This document shows, piece by piece, positions 1 to 13,061 of a stretch of DNA of 64,000 bases. The position numbers and the translations under genes were made by a program. Position 1 is the first letter of the stretch, and every line of letters starts with the position of its first letter. The notes under the pieces were generated by a model that was not told where the DNA came from, searched no databases, and was given only the letters and a program-made list of their open reading frames with translations. Origin of the DNA: Octopus sinensis (lineage: Eukaryota); NCBI RefSeq assembly GCF_006345805.1, contig NC_043010.1, positions 36,704,001 through 36,768,000 of the forward strand, written 5' to 3'.

Positions 1-800
1 AATATATATGTATTGTAGATATATGTATATATATATATGTGTGTGTATATATGTATATATATATATATATATTATATATATATATATATATATGTAATAT
101 ATATGTATGTAGATATATGTTATATAATATACATATATACATTTATATATATATATATGTTCTATATATATGTATATATATGTATATATCTATATATATC
201 TATATTGTGTGTGTGTGTGTGTGTGTGTATGTCTATATATATATATTATATATATATATATAAATATATGTATATATATATATGCATATGTACATATATA
301 TACATACATACACATTCCTAGATGTGTGTGTATTTATGTGTGTATTATGTGTGTGTGTGTTGTGTACTTCTGCGTGTAGGTATATTTCATACGTGAGCTC
401 ACACACGAGCAGTTTCAAGCACACATCCGCACACTCATGCATGCTGATAATATGACATGATGTTATAATTGCATTTGAAGGTGTGTTGCTATGCCAACCG
501 GAGAACAAATGTCAGCTCCCTTCTGCGCGTGCGTGTTGTGGGATGTAAAAGCGGGAAATGCTGTAGCGACTTTTGTGTAATGTATATGTGAACTGTGCAT
601 GATATGTGTGGTTGTGTGTATGTGTGTCCGCGTGTATGTATCTGTGTGCTTGCGTGCGTGCGTACGTGCGTGCGTGCGTGCGTACGTGCTTGCGTGCGTG
701 CGTACGTGAGTGTGTGTGTGTGCGTGCGTGCTTTTGTGCGTTCGTGCGTGCGTTCATGCGTGTTTACGTGCGTGCGTGCGATCGTGCGTGCGTGTGTGAA
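1..800. repeat. (TA)n/(TG)n and (TGCG)n compound microsatellites
   Basis: Direct reading. Similar tracts occur throughout the window, e.g. 2620-2750, 7360-7430, 7990-8170, 23050-23330, 27250-27420, 51040-51300. Confidence 0.95.
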
Positions 801-1160
801 AGCCTCATATCGGAAAGGCTAAGATGTAATCATTAAAAATCACAAGGTCCTGCGATCGTACTTGGGCCAGTATCATTTCCTAAAACCTCAGTTCGGTCCA
901 TAATTCTTAAGCGAAATTGGATATGCGGAAACTATACAGAACCTCATCAACCGTACACATAATTCTAAAGTACAGCCTAGTCACTCTGTCACGCCGATTC
1001 TGCCAGAAAACTATGTTAAGAACACGTGTGTGTGGAATACTCAACCGCATAGACGTCGATTCAGAGACTGGAAACTCTGTTGAGATCAAACATGTGAATC
1101 CTTATCGTCGTGGTAGAGTTTTGAGGCCAGCTACCTCTGAGGAACAGAGGTCATTATAGT

Positions 1161-1474
1161 TTGTTGTTTTTTGTTTGTTCCTTCTCGAGCCATGCCTGGC
1201 TCATAAGGGCCGGTTTCCCGGTTTCCTTGGCGTATAGGTTCCCCACCTGGTCGGGACGCCGGTCCGTCGCAGGTGAGCTGCAAGATACAGGAGGAAAGAG
1301 TGAGAGAAAGTTGTGGCGAAAGAGTCAGCAGAAGTTCGCCATTACCTTCTGTCGGAGCCGCGTGGAGCTTAGGTGTTTCGTTCATAAACACACACATCGC
1401 CCGGTCTGAGATTCGAATCCGCGATCCCTCGACATCGAGTCCGCTGCTCTAACCACTAGGCCATGTGCCTCCAC
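1161..1474 (-). mobile_element. tRNA-derived SINE (family 1)
   Basis: Head with A box (tggcctagtgg) and B box (ggattcgaatc), (CAA)-like tail, flanking repeat ggtca(t/a)tatagt. A second copy lies at 6708-7010. Confidence 0.85.
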
Positions 1475-1809
1475 GGTCAATATAGTAGAGACAGAAAAGG
1501 CACTGGGAGGAGAAAACACGCCTGTGAGCCGCAAACTGGAGTGTGTCTGTATCAGAGTACCAATCAACCGAGTGGCCCTTCTCTAGCCGCTCGAGTGGCC
1601 TTTCTCCGGGTGCGGTCCATGATGTCAGTGAGAGTGTTAACAACAGAACTGTCTTTGATGTGGGCGCAGTATTCCATTGTCTGTCAGCAGACTACTGAAA
1701 GCTGAAATATCTTTTGGTCCTGAAGAGAAGCGTTAGGGATTTCATGCAAGGCAATTTTCCCACGGGTCGGGGATAATGCGCATAAGAAAATACAATAAAA
1801 TACATAATA

Positions 1810-2288
1810 CAGATCGTCGTCGACTTACGACCACGATTGGTTCCGATTGACCGGACGTAAGTCGATTTGGTCGTAAGTCGGCCTATAAGCCTACATAGCT
1901 TTATTTTATATTTTTCCATTCTTAAGGTACATTCTCGGGCAAAAGTCACACACAGCATTCTTATATTATAATATTATATTGGCATTAGTCAAAAATTTCG
2001 GAGTCTTATTAAGAAATACGCGGTTGCTTCGATGTCTCCGCGACAGGATATTTATCCAACACTTAGTATAACCACAGTGGTGATCGATAACCAAACCTAG
2101 TGGAAGCGTTTGTTAGCTGACATCATCCGTAGACGGGTTAATTTCTAAGAGATCTGGTTAATTTCTTAAAAATGAAACCCGTTAGATTTCAACTGGATTA
2201 TTTATTATTGCTGCCGGGAGCTGGGGCGCCAATCGTCGTAAAGTCGATCGGTCGTAAGTCGGATAGGTCGTAAGTCTACAATGACCTG
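1810..2288. mobile_element. Tc1/pogo-type MITE
   Basis: Imperfect TIRs CAG(a/g)TC(g/a)T(c/t)GT(c/a)GACTTACGACC, TA on both flanks, and repeated subterminal GTCGTAAGTC motifs. Confidence 0.75.
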
Positions 2289-2672
2289 TATATTCTACAT
2301 ATATATTATTCATTATTTTATTTATGCGCCCTTTTAAAGCCTAGCTAGACTCATGGGCCCGGTTTCCCGGTTTCTGTGAGGCCCAGCACATGCAGCGACT
2401 CTGACTGCTCCAGCTGAGCGCTAGATGTGTTTAGAGAGGTGAAGGGTGGTGGTTGATATGAGTAAGTATGGCGGTTGAGAGGGTGTCGGAAGAGCGGAGG
2501 TGGTGAAGTACATGTATGTGTGAGAAAGGTGGGGTTATGTGTGGGATATGTATGGCCGTAAGTAGAAAGGTAATACACGAGCGTATGTTACTAAACAGCA
2601 TATATTCGTGTGCACGTGTGAGTGAGTGCACGCGTGCGTGTATGTGTGCGCGTGTGTGTGTGCGTGCGTGCG

Positions 2673-2749
<77 letters not shown>

Positions 2750-2752
<3 letters not shown>

Positions 2753-3200
2753 ATATTGCTGACGTGGGTTGAACGGGTTTGCTTCTGCATAGCATTTCGC
2801 CACTTTCGGCAGTCCTTTGTTACATCCTTCAAAAGGCCTGTACCCTGAAATCACATCTTCCTTGAGAACCTCTTTCGCAAGCTCCTCCCATCTGAATCGT
2901 CACCGCCAAATCCACAATCGGCGACTCTCACTTTCTTCCCCACGCCCCACCCCGCTTCATCTGCGCTCTGCCCTTCACATATGCCGACATTGAACATTCA
3001 GCGGAGCATGCTCACCTCACTTCTTTCCAGCCTTTGCATCTCTTCCTCATTTAGTACCCCTGTTCTGCTACAATGCAATACCGCACTTCGTACGTAAGCA
3101 TATTACAATCTAACCTTCACTCAAAATCAAAAACACGTTGCTGCCATCAGAGGTAACAGTCCCAAGAACATATTCTACTTCATTCTTATTTTGGTTCTCA
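2750..3200 (-). mobile_element. Decayed RTE-type LINE 3' fragment
   Basis: Disrupted translation resembling KVRLY..VRSAVLH...LERSEVSMLR and a terminal ..KWRNAM.KQTR, ending in a (CA)n tract. Confidence 0.6.
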
Positions 3201-3227
3201 TGCTTTCGTCATATTACCCTCGATGTA

Positions 3228-4113
3228 CCGTAAATCCTCGTGTATAATCAGCACTTTTATCCCAAAATCCCTAGTGCGTACTATATACGATGTTAAAAAT
3301 GAAAAATATTTTCTAAGCAATGTCCGAATCTCTATTTGCTGTCCGGCAATGTTTATTCAGACACATTTTGTGATGCCGGGCGCGAAAATGCCTTAAGCTA
3401 AGCCTGAAAGCAATGAAGTCATAAAGTGATTTATGGACTGAATGGATGTCGACTGGAGAAAAGTCTTTCACTAAAGGTGGAAGGGTTCGCGCTCCCGACC
3501 TGACTTTGATATGCAAATGTATCGTGTATGCATGGAATGAACTTGATCCTCAGATCATTGTGAAAGGTTTTATCAAATGTTGTATATCGTCTGCACTGGA
3601 TGGTACTCAGGATGCCGTTGTATGGAAAGATGAAATAAATGAAAGTGAATCATCTAATGTTGACTATAAATCTGACGATGACGGAGATTTACACTACAAT
3701 GATGCTGACATGTTTACAGAGGAACAAATGGAACAGTTATTTGATGCTGAAAGTGACGTTGAATTTGAAGGATTTGAATAAATGTTTTTGCTTTTGCAAC
3801 TGATAGTGATAAATATGTAAAGGCAATTTACTTAATACTTATTTTTTACTGATGTTATTACTGTTATTTCTTTATTTTCTGCAAACAAAATGCACAAAGA
3901 AGCTACACGTTTGCATAATGTTATGTATGCAATAATAATAAAGGACGTTACCGTATACATTTTTACAAACCAAGGACGTTATATAGACCTCCTTAGCTCT
4001 AGTTAGAGAAGGGGTGCGTATTATACACAAGGTTTAGGTTTTTCAGAGGTACTGCCCGCTAAAAATCCCCTGCGTATTATACTCAAGGGCGGATTATACT
4101 CGAGGATTTACGG
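3228..4113 (+). mobile_element. Internally deleted pogo/Tigger-like DNA transposon retaining the transposase C-terminus (ORF 3446-3781)
   Basis: 22-bp TIRs CCGTAAATCCTCG(T/A)GTATAATC (3228-3249 and 4092-4113), TA/TG flanks. ORF ...FTKGGRVRAPDL...AWNELDPQIIVKGFIKCCISSALDGTQD resembles the C-terminus of pogo DDE_1 transposases. Confidence 0.85.
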
Positions 4114-4506
4114 TGAGTAACAAAAACTCTCAACCACTTGTCTCTGGGCCATTAAAAGATTTCATTTTATTAGGGATTTTTTTCTCGCTGCTATTGTTAC
4201 ACGAAAGCGCGAAGCCTAATGGTTAGGGATATTGCAATCACGGTCGCGAATTCGTAGTTTCGATTCGCAGGCCATGCATTTTGGTGCCTCTGGACCTCTT
4301 TTCTTTTGTAGCGGTTCACAAAGCAGATGTTGCGCCACTTATAGGTAGATAAATCCCCGTGCTAATTGACTAAGCGAGCGACAAGTGTCGCCTACTTCAC
4401 CGAACATTTTCAACATCTTGGCAACTATCGCCGGTAGCCCTGCTGTTTTCGTATACTTAATACTCCTTTCGATCGTACAACTGCCAGTTCAACAGTTCCT
4501 GTAGTA

Positions 4507-4557
<51 letters not shown>

Positions 4558-4731
4558 AATCCATGCTTCTTTCTTCACAGACTCAGTGAAGACAAGCGCA
4601 CTACAGCCATTCCGAAGACACTTCCACCGACGCCATCTTCGTTCATGATAAGACATTGCCTCACAATGTGGACCGCTTTACATCATTGGAAACCCTTATA
4701 ATTTTAGGTTCTTTCCAAGCTACGTAAACCT

Positions 4732-4783
<52 letters not shown>

Positions 4784-4785
<2 letters not shown>

Positions 4786-4940
4786 ACGGGTTTCTTTCAG
4801 TTTTCGTCTACCAAATCAATTCACACAGCGCTTTTGTCGGCCCGAGGCTATAGTGGAAGATACTTGTCCAAAGTGTCCCGCAGTGGGACTGAACCCGGAA
4901 CCATGACGTTGGGAAGCAAGCTTCTTACCACGGAGCCACA
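4784..4940 (-). mobile_element. SINE family 2 (abundant octopus-type), 5' half
   Basis: Matches the family consensus seen in this window (gtggtaagaagcttgcttcccaa...ggttcagtcccactgcg...gatttggtagacgaaaactgaaagaaac). Confidence 0.8.
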
Positions 4941-4989
4941 GGGGAGGATAGACACACAAATTGAATTGAAGACAGCGTTCTGAGGATCG

Positions 4990-5460
4990 ACTGTTAAAGC
5001 TGGCGCAATACGATGCCAACACCTGCAATTTTAGCATCCATTTCAGCCTCCTGCTTCCAATCACTCGTGAATATGGCCCCGAGATGCTTCCATTCTCCAC
5101 ATATCTTATGTTTCATTAAAGTTCCTCTAACATGCCGAGTGCACCGAGAAGACTTTCTTGGAATGACTGATGTCTTAGTTTTCGTAACAATAATTCTCAT
5201 CCGTTCCTGGATATAGCACAATATATACTTACTTATCCATATATTATCCATCTATCCATTTTCGCTGCCCAGGATTCGTTGGCGTAGAGTCCTCATGCAG
5301 CTTCTCCATAAGGTCTTATCAAAAGTAACCGCCATTGCATTTACCCGCCGAATTCTCAAGCATGACCGCTGAGACAATTGATTTTATCCAACTATTTCGC
5401 TCGTAATCTACCCCTAGATTTCTTTATCGGTTTGATCCATTTCAAGAATCATCTCTTGCG
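4990..5460 (-). mobile_element. Decayed RTE-type LINE fragments
   Basis: Post-RT segment WKHLGAIFTSDWKQEAEMDAKIA..IVLRQL, plus a C-terminal RGR...LDKI-like segment with stops. Confidence 0.6.
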
Positions 5461-5900
5461 ATCCTTTTCTATGACGTTCTAACTCCATATCTGTCGTACA
5501 GGAACTGGGCAGAGGAGAATCAGCGAGTGAGAAGGTGGACGACTAACTTCGCCGAGGCTGCAGTCACAGGAGCGATTAAAGTACTCGAATGTGGTGGCAG
5601 GGCCGCTGGATAAGATGATATGCGGCCGGTCGTGTTATAAGCCTTCAATAGAAAATGAACACGTGTGGTTTAGACCTTTGGAAATGCACCAAAACAAAGA
5701 CAATCCGAAGTGATACTCTCAAAAATTAAAAGAGACACGCGATAGAGTGATTCAATTATAGAGGGATCTTGTTAAGTCTGTCCGGTAAAATCTACGCTGA
5801 GTATCTGAAAGAGAGACGTAGGGAGATTTTCGAGCCCAAAGTAGCGAAACTGTTTTCAGAGTGAATACTGTAAAAACTATGTATACGTATAAACTAATCA

Positions 5901-5942
<42 letters not shown>

Positions 5943-6707
5943 TGTGTGCTTGTTTAAAAAGCAGTATAGAGAAGCCGTTGAATCAAATTTCTCTAATGAA
6001 AGAAAGCCATTCATCTCTTGGTTATACGAAGATATACAAGGGAGGTCACCTCGAGAGTTTAAAGGGAGGCTACTCTTTAGTATTACGTAGATATTTTATT
6101 TTCTACAATAAAATATACACCATTCACGTTATATATTCTATGTCTCTTTCAGCTGAATTGTTGGTTGCTTGCTTCGTTGGCTGCTTTCTACTCAATGTCC
6201 ATTGATCCAATTTCCATTAGTATTTCTCCAGGAATCTTGCTAGTTACATATACTTCCTAAATAATATCACCACATTTTTCCTTCCTTTATTTTTTTCCTC
6301 AATGTTAACTTTTATGGTTATCTTATTGGGATGCGAAGAATGGATTATATTTTCTATGATTTTATTTGAGGATAAAATATTACACATATTTGACCGAATG
6401 AACAGTCTTATTGCTACGAGTCAAAAAGATAACTATAACGTTTTAGAATAAACATTCTAAGACTCTCGCCATTCAGTTTATACAATAACTTACTTTCACA
6501 CGTACATACAGTGATCATAGCGGTTCTGTTTTGCACTCGTAATCGCACGATCATGCTTTCGATTCCGAAACCGGCGATGCGTTGTGTTCTTCATTGAAAC
6601 GCTCCCTTTCAAATTGCTTCAGTCAGCTTCGCAGTAAATGGGTAACCCTGCGACAGTCTAACGTTCAGTTCAGGAGGGTTGGACACTGCGCCGCCCACCT
6701 AGATAGT

Positions 6708-7010
6708 TGTTGTTTGTTCCTTCTCGAGCCATGCTAGGCTCATGAGGGTCGGTTTCCCGGTTTCCTTGGCGTAGAGGTTCCCCACCTGGACGCGACGCCG
6801 GCCCGTCGCAGGTGAGCTGCATGATGCTGGAGGAAAGAGTGAGAGAAAGTTGTGGCGAAAGAGTCAGCAGAAGTTCGCCATTACCTTTTGCCGGAGCCGC
6901 ATGGAGCTAAGGTGTTCCGCTCATAAGCACACACATCGCTCGGTCTGAGATTCGAACCAGCGATCCCTCGACCGCGAGTCCGCTGCTCTAATCACTAGGT
7001 CATGTGCCTC
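6708..7010 (-). mobile_element. tRNA-derived SINE (family 1) with 12-bp target-site duplication
   Basis: Highly similar to 1161-1474; cacctagatagt at 6696-6707 and 7011-7022. Confidence 0.88.
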
Positions 7011-7371
7011 CACCTAGATAGTAGAGTGGTACCATTCGAAAAGCTACAACTTGAAGAAGCACATTGTGACCAGCAATGATACAGTAATACTCTACAAGTT
7101 GATCTGATGAATATGATTATTTATTCAGAGAAAACAAGTCTTCGAACAATTATCTTTACCTTTTAAAATATGGAATTACATAAATTCAAATTTGAACGAA
7201 ATATCATGTTAATAGTGCGAAAAATTCTAATCGGTTTGACGAAGATCGAACTTTTATTGAACTATGGTCAGAATTAATATGATTATATGTGTCATGTCAA
7301 TTCGTTCCGAAAATTTCTCTACGTAATCTCATTAAGGAAGAGTAAAATTGTGTGTACACACACACACACAT

Positions 7372-7432
<61 letters not shown>

Positions 7433-7468
7433 TTGCAAGCTCCTTGATGTGAAATCGTGTGTTGAAAC

Positions 7469-7728
7469 ATATTGTTGTATTTAAGAATGGTCATGTTGCC
7501 AGTTTTGCCAATAAAATGGCTGATCGTTAGTAAGGAGAGATACACACACAAATAAGAAAAAAGAAAGCAAAGGACCACTGTTGAGGTCACAGAAGTGTGA
7601 GGAAAGAACTCTGGCCGAAATAAGATAAAGATTAATGTAAAAAATAAATAAAGCTGAAGCAAATTAACACCAAATATATAGTGCGCGTATTGGCTAAACT
7701 GGCAACATGACCATTCCTAAATACAACA

Positions 7729-7732
<4 letters not shown>
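7469..7732. repeat. Short element with 45-bp terminal inverted repeats
   Basis: atattgttgtattta(a/g)gaatggtcatgttgccagttt(t/a)gccaata at 7469-7513 and its reverse complement at 7688-7732 (2 mismatches), abutting (TA)n. Confidence 0.75.
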
Positions 7733-7793
<61 letters not shown>

Positions 7794-7989
7794 GGGAGAG
7801 TTTACGAAAAAAAAACAAAAGACGAAGACACGTGGTGTACAAAACAAACAGATATATTAGTATAACGCTCAGGAATAGAAAAAGTATTTTACGTTTCGAG
7901 CCTACGCTCTTCTGTAGAAAGGGACACAGAAAAAACAAGGAGAGAAAAAAGTGTGTGTAGTGCCTAACGATCTATCATGGCGTCTGTAT

Positions 7990-8043
<54 letters not shown>

Positions 8044-8169
8044 ATATATATGCACACACACATATACACACACACATATATATACACACACACACACATA
8101 TATATATATATATGCACACACACACATATACACACACAGACATATATATACACACACATATAAACACAC

Positions 8170-8690
8170 ACAATACTTCTTTCAAGGTTCTTTGTTAATC
8201 TAAAATATACTCTCTTTATTTTCTTCCATGTATTTGGTAGACTTGCAAGGCTCCTCTTCCAAAATTCATTTGTCCATGTCGAAAAATACTCCAAAAATAG
8301 AATTATTTAAATTTCTCTAACGTTTATAAACTCTAATGACGTCACCAGTATCTAAGAACGTTCTACTAGGAATAATTCTCAACTAATGGCAGTGGGTAAT
8401 TCACTGGACAGGTACCTCACATTTCAAAAAATACTTCTCCGGTACTTTTCTGACTTTCTCTACAGAACTCATATTTTTTCCGTCCAAGTGATTTTGAAGA
8501 CTGCGGAATGAATGATAATCAGATGGGGCAATATCCGGCGAATGTTCTTGTTGGGCATCATAGGGATGACGGTGACGATGATGATGACGATGATGATGAT
8601 AATGATGATGATGACGATGACGATGACGATGATGATCATCATCATCATGATGACGATGATAATGATGATGACGATGATGATGATGACGAT

Positions 8691-8721
<31 letters not shown>

Positions 8722-9840
8722 ACGATGATGATCACGATGATGATGATGATGATGATAGTGGTAGTAACTGTGGTGGTGGTGGAGATGGCCGAGGGTGGGT
8801 GGTGGTGGGAAGGGTGTTGCGGTGATGATAGTGATGAGGATGATGATGATAGTGGTATTCGAACTGGGTGGGGCATTCGAACTGCTCCGTTTCCCATTCA
8901 AACTTTGGACTGTTATCCGCGCTGTATGTGGTTGAGCATTATCCTGATGGTAGAACACATTTGGTCTTGAAACCAAAGATGGTCGGTTTTCTTCTATCGT
9001 TGACCTAAGCCGCTCAAGCTGCTCGCAGTAGATCTTTGTCATCGTTTGTTTGGGGGTTTAAAAGCTCAAAGTGGACTAAACCTTTCGTACCCCACAAAAC
9101 AGATAGCAACACTTTACGTGGGTAAAGACCTTCATTATCCGGGGGTGCCTGTGTTTCTCCTTTCCCTACTCTGTCTTCAGCATTTGACATCTTTACAGAG
9201 AACTCATTTCTCGTCACCAGTCACTATTCGGTACAAAAAAGGTTCATTCATGAGACATGACAGCATAGAAAAGCACACATTCATTCTCTGCATGCACTTA
9301 AGCTTGGAAAGTTTGTGGGGGAACCTATTGATCTAGTTTGCTGATTTTTCCAATGGCACGCAAGTGTCGATAAATGGTGGAATGACCAAATCTAAGCTTC
9401 TCGGCAACGACGGGATTTTTTTCCATCGAGGTTTGTAGGATGTCTTCCTCGAGCTCTACAGATCTTTCAGGACGAGGCTTGTCTTCTAGGCTGTAGTTTC
9501 CGACTCGGAATTTCTGGAACCACCGTTGACACTGGCTTACGCTTATTGTCCGACCCCCATATACTGCATTGATATTCCTCGCACTTTCCCTTGCCTTGTT
9601 GTCTTTATTGAACTCATGAAGCAAAATATGCCGAATATGCTCCTTTGTCCCTTCCATTATAGCTTTGAACAAATAACTGTTGAAATCGAACTGCTCTCTT
9701 CAAATATTGCACCAAAAATAATGACAAGGTAAAATTACTACCTGCTTTTATAGCAAGATGATGCAGATAGTTTATCCCGTCCCCCTCCGACTATTAGTTT
9801 ATGCAATTGAAAAAACCGCATTATTTATGGGATGACCCAA
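8170..9840 (-). mobile_element. Decayed mariner (DD34D-type) transposon with two internal insertions
   Basis: 5' TIR TTGGGTCATCCCATAAATAATGCG after TA. Fragments: HTH region (HIRHILLHEFNK..), VPHKL, IVTGDEK, HQDNAQPH, SPDIAPSDYH.FRSLQNHL and EFWKRSL.SLP.TWKK. Frameshifts and stops present; 3' TIR not found. Confidence 0.9.
8560..8870. repeat. Imperfect (GAT/CAT)n-(GGT)n trinucleotide repeat inside the mariner
   Basis: Direct reading; the source of the poly-H/D/M/I ORFs. Confidence 0.95.
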
Positions 9841-10807
9841 TATATGATTCTTTTGGGGAAGGTTGAAACTCGAAGCTTAAATATTGAGTTAAGAACTCCT
9901 TTGGAAACGGTGATACTTGAAACATAAATATTGAGTTAAAAACCAGCTTTGGAAGCGAGAAGTCGAATGCTGCTATTATTTATAGCTTTATCTGCATCGA
10001 GTTTCACGACACCGAAAATAGAATTATTTAAAGTTCTTCCAACGTTTATAAACTCTATTGACGTCAACAATATATAAGAACGTTCGACTTCGAATAATTC
10101 TCAACTGGTGGCTGTGAGTAATTCACTGCTCAGGTTACCTCACATTTCAAGAATAACAACTACAGTTCATTTAGGTTAACTATAGAGACTTGTATTAATG
10201 TCAACCCGATACATGATTAGCTTTAACATTTAATATATTGTACATATGAGTGTGTGAGTGACTGTGTGTACATCCGTATGAAAGCAGATCGTATGTGCGT
10301 ATATATATGAGTGTTTTGCGAGTGTGTGTGTGTGAGTAATATAAAAGAGGAGAAATGGCAACATGGAATACCATACATGACTATTTCGCTTAATTTACAA
10401 AGATAAGATCGACTTGACAATGAGGAGAATAGAAAAATTCCTGCTGATTTCTCATGCACCTATCTAGTAACAATAACCTCTTTGATACGGTTTCTATCTT
10501 AAGATTCAATCTTTAATCTTAAGATATTTGTTTAGTGAACGTGCACTTATATGCTAAGGGAGTCGTAACTGAAGTCTTCGTCGTTCCGTTTGATAACTAT
10601 CTTCTCTCTTGATCATACTACAGTATTCAATTGTTCCAGCTTGCTCAACTAAAACAAATCTTTAAGACGAACAAAAGCACCGGACTGCAGATCATTGCTC
10701 TCGGAGCATTTGGTACAGGGATGCAGAAAAAGAATAGATTTTTAAACGTCATTTCTATTTCATTGAATATCGCTGTCTGCAGTGTTTTGCATGATGTACG
10801 TATAATA

Positions 10808-11181
10808 TCTTTATATATAAAAGAGAGGTTGTGTGTCTGTCTCCTACGATTTAGATTCCTTACTCCCACATTTTGCGGTGCAGTTTAACCAAAACCGGGT
10901 ATCTTATAGTCGTGATTCATATCGAACCCTTCTAGGTATTAGCGCGCGTCTACGATGAGTCTACGATTTAAAAAAAATTTACCATAATTTTTTCCATTTT
11001 AATGCATTTTTCGCTATTATATAAGGGAAGTAATTCTCTAAAAATGTCTACGATGAGTCAACGATTTAAAAAATAAAAATTTACCATCATTTTTAGTGTA
11101 TTTTTTTGGCTATAACTCTCTAAAAATGCTTATATAGTTATTTCCCTTACAAACCCGAGCAACGCCGGGCGATACTGCTAG
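10808..11181 (+). mobile_element. Non-autonomous Helitron
   Basis: 5' TC(TTTATATATAAAA) after A. 3' hairpin CCCGAGCAACGCCGGG followed by CTAG, then T (A^T insertion, no TSD). Confidence 0.8.
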
Positions 11182-11687
11182 TATGTAATATAAGTTATAT
11201 ACAATATGTAATATTTAAATTATATATTATGCACTTTATTGTGTTTTGTTGTGCATGCTATCCCCGGTCTGTGGAAACATTGTCAAGCATGGAAACTAGT
11301 CTCAGGTGCAAAAAAAAGTTTGGGGGAAAGCTGCTTTATTGTACATTAGAGCATTGGTAAAGCTCATGTGTGTATGTGAATGCATGCATGTGTGTGTGTA
11401 TGCGACCGTGCGTGAGAAGCAGAGAGATCAACAGAGTACTGTCCCTTGTTTACGAACTGTAAGGGACATAACTCAATAGGTAGCTGCGACAGCAGGAAAG
11501 TATAAGCTATAGATCGGCTGCCTGGAAGAAAGCTGTCTCAAATATCATATTACTGTCTTTTAAAATGAGATATATACTGGACTGAGAATTCGTTGAAAAG
11601 CTATGATAAAGAAAGGGAATTGGATGGGTATATGACCCGAACACATTCGATCGGTACTTACCTGGTGACAAACTTAATTACACACGT

Positions 11688-11726
<39 letters not shown>

Positions 11727-11727
11727 A

Positions 11728-11871
11728 TCTTTTACTTGTTTCAGCCATGCGAGGACACTGTCAACCGAATCGACCGCACTGCTTATTTTTCATAAAGCCT
11801 GATAATTTTTATTTTCTACATCGGTCTCTTTTTTCCAACTAGTAAGTTATGGAGAGGTAAACAACTCAAAG

Positions 11872-11914
<43 letters not shown>

Positions 11915-12088
11915 AGATATACATACGTACGTACGACAGGCTTCTTTCGGTATGCGTCTACCAAATCCATTTGGTCGGTCCGGGCTATACTAGAAGAAAA
12001 CTTACCCAAGATGCGACGCAGTGGGACTGAATCTGGAACCTTGGGTTTGGGAAACAGGCTTCTTACCACACAGCCTCTCCTGCACCTG

Positions 12089-12090
<2 letters not shown>
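11728..12090 (-). mobile_element. SINE family 2
   Basis: Similarity to other copies in the window, with an internal (TA)n. Confidence 0.75.
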
Positions 12091-12138
<48 letters not shown>

Positions 12139-13061
12139 GCAAAAATGGGACAAGAACGCAAAACATCCAGACAGACGATACGAAGAAGACAAGGACGGGT
12201 CATTCGGAATTTTCTTTCCTCAGTCGTGTTCCAGATTATCGTTGCAATTTCAGCTGGTTATACTCGAGATTGCTCCAATCTGGTCAGCCCCAAGGAAAAA
12301 CTAAGCTAAGATCACTAGATTACTTGGAAGGAAGCAGCGAATGTATACGAAAACAAGGACGAAAAAAAAAAAGGAGAAATAGTACACAAATACAAATAAC
12401 AGGACATTAACAACAGGTGTATTTCGACTAAGGACGAATTAAATTAAGCTGGCGTGTGTGGAAGTAAAGCCTTACGGCAGTGACATAGGATTTGATAGGC
12501 ACAGGGAAATATCGGTCAGTAGTAGCTCATATATTCAAAAAAAGAAGCGTACTCTAATATTAGGTCAACAATATTTAGAACGTTGTTTGCTATAGACGGT
12601 CAGAGAGTGACCGTTGGTTTCGCACCTATAAAGCGCTTAGTTGCATAGGCGATTTGCCAGACTCAAATAACCAGAGGCACAGTCGCCTATACAGCTAAGC
12701 ACTTATTAAGTGCAAAAGCAATGGTCACTGTCACCAGTCATAACAAATATTCTTCTAAGTATATATATTATGTATGTATGTTTATGTGTACACACACACA
12801 CGGTGTCATTGTTTCAACTACTTGAGTGGTTCTGTGTGCGTAGGATCTAAGTGTCTTCGTCATCACATCTCCACACGGAGTAGTCTCTTAGGAATCAACA
12901 GCGAAGGGAAATAACTCATACTGAAAAAACAAAAAACGATGTGAATGCTCTCAAGCGATATGTTACGGTTTCAAATTCATGGAAGAGGCGCGGTGTGTAA
13001 AAAAGGTAATTTAGTATTAAGATTAACAAAAGTTTTCCACTAAAATTTATTTATAAATTCG

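Noticed and set aside
37-836. Many ORFs of alternating Y/I/C/V/H/T/R residues, here and throughout the window
   Set aside because: They are translations of (TA)n, (CA)n and (TGCG)n microsatellites.
907-1159. Short complex ORFs; one frame (FLSEIGYAETIQNL) is faintly striatin-like
   Set aside because: An in-frame stop lies upstream, splice sites are not convincing, and the similarity is too short to support a call.
1161-1474. tRNA-like A and B boxes (also near 4210-4275, 6950-7010 and 18090-18155)
   Set aside because: These are SINE heads continuing into SINE bodies; there is no complete cloverleaf or terminator.
7595-7630. gTGAGGA...ggccGAAA resembling a second hammerhead
   Set aside because: Stem II is not complementary, C3 is missing and there is no stem III/UH site.
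8401-9042. 213-aa His-rich ORF and overlapping poly-Asp, poly-Met and poly-Ile ORFs
   Set aside because: A dead mariner frame read through a (GAT)n expansion, not a His-rich protein.
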